A stretch of 64,000 bases of DNA. Origin: Utricularia gibba. Its lineage: Eukaryota; Plantae; Magnoliophyta. The translations under genes were made by a program, and so were the position numbers. Shown here in pieces: positions 49,862-61,164 of the stretch (position 1 is its first letter; each line of letters starts with the position of its first letter). The notes below the pieces were generated by a model. That model saw nothing but the letters and a program-made list of their open reading frames with translations, searched no databases and was not told the origin of the DNA. Where the stretch lies: NCBI GenBank assembly GCA_002189035.1, contig NEEC01000007.1, forward strand, positions 3,286,001 to 3,350,000. Direction: 5' to 3'.

Positions 49862-51662
49862 ATAGTACTGCCTCTAGATTTTCAAAGCAAAAACAACTAC
49901 AACTAGTTCCAAGTCATGTGTAGCGTAATTCAACTCATGGGTTTTAAGTTCCTAGATGCATAGACAATTACTCTATCGGTCTATATCAGCACACATCCAA
50001 GTCCTTGTTTGGAAGCATCAATATAGATTACAAAATTATCTCCTTCTGGAAAGTAAGGCTCACACTAGTGTTGTAGTCAATCTCCATTTCAACATGTTGA
50101 AACTATTGTCACAAGCTTCACTCCATACAAATGGTGCATTCTTCCTTGTTCAATTTGTCAATGGCTGAGCAATTTTAGAAAACCCTTCTACAAACCTTCT
50201 ATAGTACCCTGCCAAGCCTAGGAAGCTCCTAATTTCCTTAGCATTCAAAAGTCGAGGCCATTGAGCCACTGCAGAAACTTTCCCTGGATCAACTTGTATG
50301 CCTTCAACTGAAACAATGTGACCAAGAAAGCTGTGCTATTCAGCCAAAAGTCACACTTGCTGAATTTTGCATAGAGTTGCTTTTCCCTCATTAGATTATC
50401 ATCCTCAAATGCTTGCCATGAGTTCCCTCATTAGGAGAGTAAACTAAAACGTCATCAAGAAAGACCGCAACAAACTTATCCAAGAATGGTTGAAAAATCC
50501 TATTCATCACAACCATAAAAACTGCGGGTGCATTTGAGAGTCCAAAGGGAGCCACGTTACATTCGAAATGTCCATATCTAGTCCTAAATGCAGTCTTTGG
50601 TATATCATCTTGTTTAACCCTCAATTAATGATATCCTGACCTCAAGTCCAACTGAGAGAATACCCTTGCTCCTTGCAATTGATCAAATAAGACATGTATC
50701 CTTGAAAGAGGGTATTTATTCATTATTGCAAGCTTGTTCAATTCCCTATAATCATAGCACAATGTAAACTCCCATCTTTCTTCTTTACAAACAAAACAGG
50801 AGCACCCCATATTGATGTGCTAGGCTTAATATGTCCTTTTTCTAATAAGTCTTGCAATTGCATCCTTAACTCCTTTAGTTCTTGTGATGCCATTCGGTAT
50901 GCAGCCTTGGCAGCTGGTTTTGCCCCTAGAACCAATTCTATTCCAAGCCTAGTTTCCCTTTTAGGTGGTTGTCTAGGTAGATCTTCAAGAACAACATCCT
51001 GATACTCATTAACTACTAGAATGTCTTCTATTTTCTTTTCATGTTTTTCTGTCACAATGAAAACTAGGTAGCCGCAATCCTCCTGCTTCCCTTTTCAGTA
51101 CACCTAGCTACTTTGCTCCTAAGCTCCACAACTATATCTCCTATTTGTAGCTCACTTACTCCACAATTCAAAACAACTCGATGCCTCATTAACCAATCAA
51201 TACCCAGAATTACATCAAAGTTCGCCATATCCAACTCTATTAAATCTACTGGAAACTTCTGCCTCTTAATCACCACTTCACATTGACCGTATAGTTTTCT
51301 AGACTAATGTTTCCTCATGTGCAGAGGAGAGGACAATCTAAAATAAACATCTATTCCTATTCTTCCTAGAGCTCTAGCAAAATTCTTGGAGACAAAAGAA
51401 TGACTAGTAACACTATCAAATAAAATTAAAGTAGGCACATCTTCTATAGGAAATGTATCTATCATTAGTTCTTGCCCTTGTTCAGCTGCATCCTCCTTTG
51501 TAAGTGCAAAGGCCCTAGCTCTTGTTTGTGGTCTCTCCTTTCTTTGATCCTTGCTTATTCCAATTCCAAGCATTTGAGAACAATTCTCAGCATTATGTCC
51601 TGGTTTCCCACAGTAGAAGCATAACCATGTCCCCATTCTACACTCACCCCTATGTGGTTTAG
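49862..51662 (-). mobile_element. Tekay/Del-type Ty3 element, 5' part (zinc knuckle, protease, RT, RNase H start); continues at 40543
   Basis: CFYCGKPGHNAENC; LILFDS; DFDVILGIDWL; DYRELNK...KYPL; LDLRSGYH; [12 protein letters not shown]; FLDDVLVYS; NYATHDLELV. Confidence 0.9.
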
Positions 51663-52469
51663 TCAAGGAATTCTGACAGTGATGTAGTACTTGGAGAAAT
51701 TCCAAGAATATTATAGGTATGCCTCAAAGTGGATGGCTGATGAGGATGAGAAGGTCTTCAAGTTCAGGAATGAACTCAATGATGGGATTCAAATGAGCTT
51801 AGCTGGTCAATAGGTAAGTTTAATGAGTTTGTAGCTGCGGCAGTGAGAGTGGAAGCTGAGTTGAACAAGAGGGAGCAGGTTGATAATGAGAGGCCTAGTT
51901 TTGATCAACCAAGATGGCAACCAATTGTGAAGAGACCTTTTAGACCAAAAAATGGGAAGGAAGGAAATCACATGCCACTAGGAAACGAAACTATCTATCT
52001 AAAATGTTCTAAACCACATAGGGGTGAGTGTACAATGGGGATAGGGTTATGCTTCTATTGTGGGAAACCATGGCATAATGCTGGGAATTGTTCTCAAATG
52101 CTTGGAATTGGAACAAGCAAGGATCAAATAAAGGAGATACCACAGACAAGAGCTAGGCCCCTTGCACTTACCAAGGAGGATGTAGCTGAACAAGGGCAAG
52201 AACTCATGACAGATACATTTCCTATAGAAGATGTGCCTGCTTTAATTTTATTTGATAGTGGTGCTAGTCATTCTTTTGTCTCCAAGAATTTTGCTAGAGC
52301 TCTAGGAAGAACAAGAAGGGATGTTTATTTTAGACTGTCCTCTCCTCTACACATGAGAAAACATAAGTCTAGAAAACTATATGGTCAATGTGAAGTGGTG
52401 ATTAAGGGGCATAAATTTCTAGTAGATTTAATAGAGTTGGATATGACGGACTTTGATGTAATTTTGGGT
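51202..52469. repeat. Long inverted duplication: 461-bp arms (51202-51662 / 52009-52469) around a 346-bp gag spacer
   Basis: Both arms encode the same PHRGEC...CFYCGKP...LILFDS...DFDVILG peptide on opposite strands. 4 mismatches in a 62-bp sample. Confidence 0.93.
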
Positions 52470-53700
52470 GCTCGAAGCGGATAATATCGTGCAAGGCGAG
52501 TGTGGGTCATGACACCCTCACTACCCCCTTTGTTGAAGATTTGTCTCTTAGGTTCCTCCCTATTGTAGTCCCCTTTAAGTTGATTCTTCAGAAAGCACTC
52601 TCTTGCGAAATGTCCTTCTTTACCAAATTTATAGCATACTCCCTTGCCATAGTGACACTGCCCCTCATGATACCTGTTGCATTCCTGGCATAGTGGGTGG
52701 GTACGTATTCTAATTCCAACCTTAGTAGTTTTATGCAGCAGTTCATCTCTCGTGCTAAGCCGAGCTTTATACCTCAGCTTCCCCAATTCCCATTCCACTG
52801 ACAAGGCTGCTCCCAATATTTCACTTAATCTGGTTGAAGTGTCAGAGGAACCCAACGACCTTCTTGCAGTACTCTGGCTGTCCCTTTTATCTACTTCTTA
52901 TAAAACCTTGCTCTCATAACAATAAAACTATGATGCCCCCAATGCCACAGCCAACTGCCACTAGCGACACTGTCTAGCATTTACCAACTCACACCCTTCA
53001 CATGATAAGTAGACGACAACTAAAAGGAAATGTTTAATCTCATGCAATCATGTCTCCTTTTGAAAAACATATAATATTAAGGCATTTATTGAAGGGAACA
53101 CTCACATGTCATTTATCGACCCAAGCTTCATGCACTAGGAAATAGGGAGTCTAGGTGGAGGGAGAGTCGTCTATAACCTCTTGGCCTGTGAAAGTAAGGG
53201 AAATCAGTGCTCATGTTTTATAAGGTTGAATGAATAGTATAAAATAAGTGATAATAGCTTTTATGCATTCTATACCTAAGGCTCTCTTCTTATAATAGGG
53301 AATTACATTCTGTGATATGAGATCACATTGCCTTCAAGGTATCTATGGCCATAGAAACCTAGACTCACACCAAGGAAGGTTTTCTCCCCAGGGCTCCTAA
53401 AAGAGAACAACACTGACATGCACGCATTGTAAGAAAGGTTAATGAGCAAGCTCTACCATAATTCCCTTTCCTTAAGTTAATAGGTTCGTTTCTCCTACAC
53501 TATAAACATGATATTAGAAAATCGTATAAAACGAAACTTTTCTCCAACCCTCCCACTCCCCCACCCCCCCCCCCCCCTCTTGCTTCCCCGCTTGAATAGT
53601 CACTTCATCTTCTCCTCTTTCTACTGACCTCTCCTTTCTGCCAACTTGGATGCACACTACATGCTGCATGGTGGGCTGGTGCACATGTTGTAATGCCTAG
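52470..53700 (-). mobile_element. Short non-autonomous Ty3-like LTR element (LTR - degenerate PBS - ~400-bp zinc-knuckle segment - PPT - start of 3' LTR)
   Basis: PBS-like TGTTATGAGAGC at ~52910-52921; CQECNRYHEGQC...CYKFGKEGHFAREC; PPT GGGGTAGTGAGGG followed by TGTCATGACCC at ~52513. Upstream LTR shared with 33165-34150. Confidence 0.5.
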
Positions 53701-53783
53701 GGGGCACAACCAATTGTGTAATAGCAAGATGGTTTGTGAGCGACATGAAGGTTACATAATGTCACGACCATGATGGCCTTTTG

Positions 53784-56700
53784 TGTTGCATTTTTTATAG
53801 CACACAAATTTTCATGTTTTTAGGATATGAAAATCATGAGTTTTTAATTATGTTTAGTTGTTTATTTTATAATTTTAAGTATTTTTATATATAATTTAGG
53901 GAAATGTGATTTTTGGTGTGTTAGTGGGCTAAATCCTTTGATTTAGCCCACCCATGTTCTAACCCAATTTTGAGCCCAGTAGCTACCCGAAAATCATGGA
54001 AAAGTCAAGTATTTCGTGTAAGTTACCACGTAGCAGGAAGTAATGAATACACTATCTCGACAACAGTCTACAAGTTAGGGGTAGGAGCAGAAGAACTGTC
54101 AGAGAATGTACTTGACTTTATTACTCTAGGCCTGTGAACAGTGGCAGATGGAATCCAGGACCCTTATTACTTTACTTTAGTTTGTTGATGTTTTCAGTTT
54201 CTGCAACCAACAGTTGCACGATGTTCTTGACATTTTCGTTGTTTTATATTAATATCATTATCTTTTACCTTCCAAATATGAGTAGCTAAAACCCTAGGAG
54301 TGCCTTAAGGTGAAGCATGGTGGTGTGGGTCTAGAAATCTTAATAAAATTCACCATTGTTTCTTAGCTCTTGTTTCTATCAAACCATGGGTAGACCTAAT
54401 GAGAGGAACAAATAGCTTCACAACTTAGATGCTTGGTTTAGAGGTACACCAACAAATCAAGACGAGAGCAATAGGTGTTAGTCTGGGATAGAACTAGTAG
54501 AATCGGATAGACCTAGTTCTATATGCTTTGAATACGGGTAAATGTAATTGCAATGTTGGTGATGATATGGGGGATTAGTTTAGCCGAAAATATGATGAAT
54601 GACCTGGGTAAACTTAGGTTATTTGAAGTTGTGAATGTAGGAACATGGTAGACTAAATTAAGGATTTTGGCACTATACCACCTGCAAACTCTTAAGGCAC
54701 CTTAGTATTATTCTGAGTTAAAACTAGCACTTGTTACCTCTAGCGTTTAGACCTAATATTGTTTACTGATCTTTTTTACCGAACTTGTTTACCACTGTTG
54801 GTCTGAGCTTAAACTCAGACCCACAATTATTTCGAATTCTGCATCTGCTTAGAATATATTGCAAGCACCAGCTTCTTGTGATCGACCCCGACATCTACTA
54901 TACAAGTTTTCTAAATTTGTATTTTGTGTAGATTAGGCCTTATAAATTTATTTGATACAGAAGTTTGCTTTTATTGCAACGATATGCTAAAATTTTCCGT
55001 TTATCAATTTTTTTTCAGAACTGATTTGAAGAAAATACCAAGGAGCGGTAGAGAATAGCTCACTTTAGACCAAAAAAAGTTCAAGTCACCCCATTGGTTG
55101 CTAGGGTTGAGATACAGTTTAAATATGTTCCATAATTCATGCAGAATTATGTGTTGTTGGCCCAATTGAAGCTCAAAACCTAAATATGATCAGGAAATGA
55201 TCGAAGTTTGCTGCAAAAAAACTTCAGCTCCTCTTGAGCGCATCTAACTTGCATCCATCCTATGTTCCTTCAGATGTACATCGCTCCTCCTGGGTTTCTA
55301 ACTGAGGAAGACATCCAACACTCCCTGGGTCTTCCTCAAATTCAAATTTCACCAGTTCAAAGATGTTTAATATGTCGATTTCAGATCTGAATTTCTCAAA
55401 AGGAGTCTTTCCAAGAGGCTTTGTAAGGATGTCGGCATGTTGCCCAATACTCTCTACATATCAAATTGTAAGTCTGTTTTTTTATTGCATCCCAAATTGT
55501 ATGAAATCATACCTGAATATGTTTGGCCTTATGAATTGCGATGAATTTTTTGCAATCGATATTGCAGCCTTATTGTCCCTATAAAGAGCTATAGGTGTTG
55601 ATTGATTCGTCTCAATTTCCTCCAGCATCTGGCGAAGCCACAATGCCTGATTTGAGGCTGAAGAAGTGGAAATATATTCTACTTCCACCATGGATTGAGC
55701 CACTACAGCTGTCTCTTTGTATTCCATGAGAAGGGACTTTTGTTCAGGTAGAAAATATATCCTGATGTGGTTTTGCAATTCGTGCTCCAAGCATAATCAC
55801 TGTTGCAGAAACCTGATATTGTAAGTGGTTCATTCTTTGAGTAGGGGTAAAAAATACCATAGTCCAATGTTTTCTTGATGTAACGCAGGATTCATTTGGC
55901 TGCAGCAAAGTGGGACACTTTTGGAGCCTTCATAAATCTGGAAAGAATATTCATAGAGTAGTACAAATCAAGTCTAGTGTGGGTGAGAAAAATTAGGCTG
56001 CCAACCAAGTTTCTGTAGAGTGTAGGATCCACGTCTGTCTCATCAAATGAGTAATCCAAAGATGTTTTTGATAGAACATGAGTGGGACTTCCATTTGCCT
56101 CGTCCATCTTAAAGTTCTTGAGTGATTCTTGTGAATATTTTCTTTGACATAAGAAAGTGCTTTTTGTAGGTGCCTGCATGATTTCAAGGCCTAAATAGAA
56201 ACGCATCGGTCCCAGGTCTGTCATTTCAAATTCTCCCTATAATTTTGCTTTCAAATCATTCATAGAATGACTGTTGCTTGAGGTAATGAATAGGTCGTCC
56301 ACATATATGCTCATTAGTAGTTTCTGTCCATTTTCCTCTTTGTAAAATCGGGTCTATTCACTATGAGTTTGGATGAAGCCTTCGGATTCAAAAAATCGCA
56401 TAATTCTTTCATTCCAAGCTCTTGATGCCTGTTTCAAATTGTACAAGGCCTTTTTCATTTTCAATATTTTTTGTTCTTTGTGTTTGATTTCATAACCTTG
56501 TGGCTGCTTGTAGTAAATGACTTCAGTTAAAACACCATTCAAAAACGCTGTTTTTACATCCATATGATGGACTGGCCAGCCATAATGAGTTGCAAGAGCC
56601 TGCAACAGCTTCATAGTATCAAATCTAGACATAGGTGCAAACACTTGACTATAATTCACACCATGTATCTGGGCATATCCTTTTGCTACTAACTTGGATC

Positions 56701-59325
56701 TTTTTTTGTTCTCTGAGCCTTCAGCATTATATTTTGTTATGTGTATCCATTTCAGGTCAATTGGCTCTAATGCTAGGTCAGAAGGTCTTTCTAACAATTC
56801 TCAAGTATCATTTCTGATAATAGAATCCATCTCATTATCCATGGATTTCTTCCATTCCTCATCTTGTGCAGCATCTTCATAGGATGTAGGATCAGACCCA
56901 ACATAGCAGGAGAGAGCATCAACTGATAGGTTCATTGGTTGATTAATAATGTCCACTTAGTTTTATAAGTGCCCTTTTCCTCCTTACTCATTGATCGCTT
57001 GTCTATATCTTTTGTTTCATTGTCTGATTCGAGATTAGAAGGTTCCACAATAGTAAATTCTTGGTCACTCTCGACTTCTGAAAGTGGCTCATGAATATTT
57101 TCAAGAGGTGAATAATTGTTGATACTTTCTATAGCATATTCAGATGTGTTGTGTTGCTGTTCATGATTTTCTGTTTCAGTTTGTAAATCATCACTTCTTG
57201 CTCTAACAGGATGCTGATGCGGCAAGTGATAGGCACCGAATGTGTTAGATGAGAGGTTTCCAGCTGTCCTTTGTTTTTTATTTGTACCTATGGAAATAGA
57301 ATAGTCATTATTCCAAACATATCTGAGTTCTTCATCAAAGACAATGTTTCTACTTATGATGATAGACTGAGTTCCAAGTAGGTAAATTCTATATCCCTTT
57401 TTCATTGAACTATACCCAACAAAGATGCCAATGTTCATCCTTTCATCTAATTTGGATCTTTTTTCTGCAGGGATATGGGCATAGCAAATTGAGCCAAACA
57501 CTTTCAGGTGATCAATGGCCATTTTCTTTCCAGTCCAGAGTTCATGACGGGCCCTTCCTCAAATGGATCGAGAGGGCAATAAGTTCAGTAGGTATACTAC
57601 AATGGATGCGGCCTCAGCCGAAAAAATAAGCAGCATTTTTTTTCAAACAAGAGGCATCTAATCATATTTTGAATGATTCTATTTTTCTTTTCGCTAACAC
57701 CATTTTGTTCTAGAGTGTAGGGAGCGGTATAATGATGAACAATTCCTTCTCCTTGATAGTAAAGACTCGGTGACTTGGAGATGAACTCTCCCCCATTATT
57801 AGAGCATAAAACTTTTAATTTTTAGCCACACTTTTTTTCAACCATAGTTTTGAAGAATTTGAAAATCTCTATTGTTTCAGATTTTTGCTGCAAGAAATAT
57901 ATCCAAGAGAACTTGGAGTAGTCATCAACAAAGGTGAGAGAGTACTGCATATATCTGTGTGCACTAGAGCCAATTTTTCCTCACTTCCTCAAACTTTGAG
58001 GAAATGTATGCCTTACATATTTTCCTTTCATGCAGATTTCATAGCGAAAATTCGTAAACTTGATATCATCCAGCTCAATGATTCGTGCATCTTTCTGTAA
58101 GAGTTTCAAATTTTTAATAATGTAATTTTCGAAGCATTTGTGCCATAGGTTAGAGATTTTAGAGACTGAAACTACCACTTCATGAAAGTTTGTTACCTTG
58201 ATCTGGTACAAATTGTTACTAATCTACAGGGCCATTGTAGATCTATTTTTTATCAGATCAATAATTTTGATTCCTTCATTTAATAATTTCACTTCGAAAA
58301 CAGCACAGACTTAGTATTGAAGTCTAAGGTAATTCTATTTTCTCTAATTTGCATCTGTTTCTCAAAAGCTTGTAACTCACCGATGAACTTATCAAATTTC
58401 ATAGGTTCTTTATGTCCCATGATTTTCCATAGCTTTTCTTCAACTTCAACGGCACACAATTTGGGTAGGCTCATCATGGCCTTTTCTATAATCTTGGAAT
58501 CTAGGAGGTCTTCTCCTAGGGCTTGAATTTCATTAAACAGCTTTGAAGTTCGATCATAATATTGTTTTAGATTCTCTGAATCCTTCATAATATTTCTCTC
58601 AAATTCTTCCATCAGGCTTTGACGAGTGTATTTTTGCATTTTTTCATCCCTCCATATAGCTCTTGGAGTTTGTCTAAGATCTCCTTGGGTGCATGACAAT
58701 CAGTAATCTTGTCAAATACCTTGTTGGCAAGTGTGCATGCAGAGCTATAATGACAGCATACTTGTTTTCTTCAAAAGTTTTTAACCTTTTGAGTTTAGCT
58801 ACTGTAGGGTTTTTCCAGAGAGGTGAGGTTCACTTACCTCTTTGGAAATCACTGTCCAGTGCTTCTTGTACTTGAGATAAGGTGTTATTTTCCTAACCCA
58901 TCGATGATAGTTTTCACCATAGAAAATAGGGATCTTTGTCTGATCGGTGAAGGACATCAATTACAATGTGAGTTGACAAGTACATGCAAAATCAGTTGCT
59001 TGGATATCATGTTGCTTTTTTTATTCAAAACTGATTTGAAGAAAACAATGAGTGGTAGAGAACAATTGACTTTAGGCAAAAGAAGTTCAATTCACCCTGT
59101 CGGTTGCTAGGGTTGGGATACAGTTTAAATATGTCCCATAATTCATGCAAAATTATATGTTGTTAGCCCATTAGAGGCCCAAAACCTAAATAAGGTCAAA
59201 AAATTATCGAAGTTTGCAGTAAAAAAACTTCAACTCTTCTCGATCACATCTGACTCGCATCCATCCTCTGTTCCTTCAGATGAAGTCGCTCCTTCTGGGT
59301 TTCCAACTGAGGAAGACATCCAACA
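53784..59325 (-). mobile_element. Near full-length degenerate Ty1/Copia retrotransposon
   Basis: 5' LTR 59010-59325 and 3' LTR 53784-53794 plus 55007-55320; perfect TSD TTTTG (53779-53783, 59326-59330); PBS-like TGATATCCAAGC. gag UBN2, integrase (YTLEQNGVSE), RT (SKLVAKGYAQIHG, HHMDVKTAFLNG, YVDDL) and RNase H (IALYRDNKAAISIAKN). Zinc-knuckle/protease region appears deleted. Confidence 0.92.
53795..55006 (+). mobile_element. Athila-type solo LTR (1.2 kb) inserted 11 bp inside the end of the Copia 3' LTR
   Basis: T(T)ATAGCACAC...TTTATCA flanked by TSD ATTTT (53790-53794, 55007-55011). Removing it restores TGTTGC-ATTTT-TTTTCAGAACTGATTTG, matching the 5' LTR. Confidence 0.8.
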
Positions 59326-60379
59326 TTTTGCGTAACGTCGCAATCAGTCGCAAGGCCATTTCGAGGGAAAGTTGTGCTGGAGGAGAAAGGTAAGGGAAAC
59401 CGGCAACACTGCCGTGTCTAGGGATAAGAGATGCCTGAGTGAGCTTACGGGCGGGTCTGGATGGGTCTCCACGGCTGGAACCCATCCTGGCGATCAACGT
59501 GTGGTAGCCCCGGGAGATTCAAACTTAAGGGCTCTTGGGCCATTTTTACGTGCTTACAGCGTTACATTTAGGGGCTACAGTAGGCTAACCCTCTTGCATG
59601 CTTATCGCAGATGAATCGGTGAATCAGGCGGCGTCGTGCGGGTTGGATGGGTCGTTGGCAGAGTGAACCGAGGCAAGCACATGGGCAACAACCGGGAATG
59701 GTGCATTATTTCTACTTTCACACTTATGTTAACCTTTCGGGTTGTGTGGTGTTGAACCCTATGCTTTGAAATAACTGGACTTATTTTCCCTTAGAAATTT
59801 GATTTTTGGTTATTTAAAACCCCATGGGGTTCCGGGTCATCACAATCTTGGGTTCTAGTCAGAACTCAGAAGCAATATGGGACATAGAAAATAGAAATAT
59901 TTTAGAAAAATAGAAAAAATAAGAGAGATATTTGCAAAATACTCACTCATATCTAGAACTTCGAGTAATGAGAAAAGAAGGCAATTTGGGGAAAGAGAAC
60001 TTCATTTGGAGCTATTATGACATTGAACCTAGCTCCGTATTATTATTTCAATTAAAAAATAATAGTTGACAAACATTTATACTGGAATTAATTTTCTTTA
60101 TACATTTTGAAAATTTCATATTTTCTACTTGCTTTTCAGATATAGTTGTGATTGTTTATCTAGTTTCAATATATGATATTATGATTTCTTTTTTTAACAT
60201 GTATAGCTAGATTTCAAAGATGCCTTAGGTTATAAAAAGATGGTATGATATTTTAGCTCTTATTTTTTGTCTACATTTTTTTTTTTTTTTTGTCTTGCTG
60301 TCTTATTAGATCTCGCATAGATCTAAAGGATAGGGGAATAATAAATACAATTCAAACACCAGATTCGGAGGTAGATTAA

Positions 60380-60905
60380 AGGATTTGGATGAGTAGAGAA
60401 TATTGGATAATAAACCAATAGAATTTGAATGATCTATTTTTATTTATTTTATGAAATGATAAACTCAAGGGTGACATGATTAGAAAAACTTGAGTATGTC
60501 TTTAGGTGAAAATGTGGAATGATTCTGGTAGACCTAGTTTATTTCAAATTGTGAAAATACAAAAATATGGATTAGATTTCAGATTTTAATTTACTATACT
60601 ACCGAAGCTAACTTAATGCATCATTGTTTTTATTTGTATTCAATCAATATTTATTATCTTCTAGTTGTTTATTTAATTTCATTTACTACTTCAGAACACT
60701 ACCATTAGTTTTAGTTAGGAATTAGACTATAATTAATTTATGATTCTATATTCTATTCACACACTTAAGGCACAAGTTCATTGTATTCAGCTTTGATTCT
60801 GTAGTATCTTTTCGTTTAAATTATGTTTTTATGTTAATTGAGTTTATAAATTTATTCGAAAGAAAAAACTTTATTTGTAATGATTAGCAAAATTTTTAGT
60901 AATCA
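60380..60905 (+). mobile_element. Degenerate Athila-like LTR 3' fragment
   Basis: Ending ...TTTATTTGTAATGATTAGCAAAATTTTTAGTAATCA resembles the end of the 53795-55006 LTR. Confidence 0.4.
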
Positions 60906-61164
60906 ACAAAACTGATCACAAGCTTCTTTAGATCAAACAATTCTTACTGTCATACAAACTCTCCTTTTAACTTAGGGACCTTGTGCATCTTATCAATTGC
61001 TTCAACTCAATCTGAAAGCGTTGGAACTGAAAATGCATTGTAAGCTGCATGGACAACAGACGGGTGGTCGAGGGAGATGGAATAGCAAGGGTAGAGGTGA
61101 ATGGAAGAATGGGGGACGTGGAAGTGATAAGTCCCACATTTAATCTTATATTTGTCATACGAAT

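Larger units (their letters stand above)
53760..59844 (+). mobile_element. Ty3-type LTR (TGTCACGACC...GGGTCATCACA, ~540 bp) split by the Copia insertion
   Basis: TG start at 53760 and CA end at 59844, with 24 bp on the left and ~515 bp on the right of the Copia TSD. No matching TSD of its own. Confidence 0.5.
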
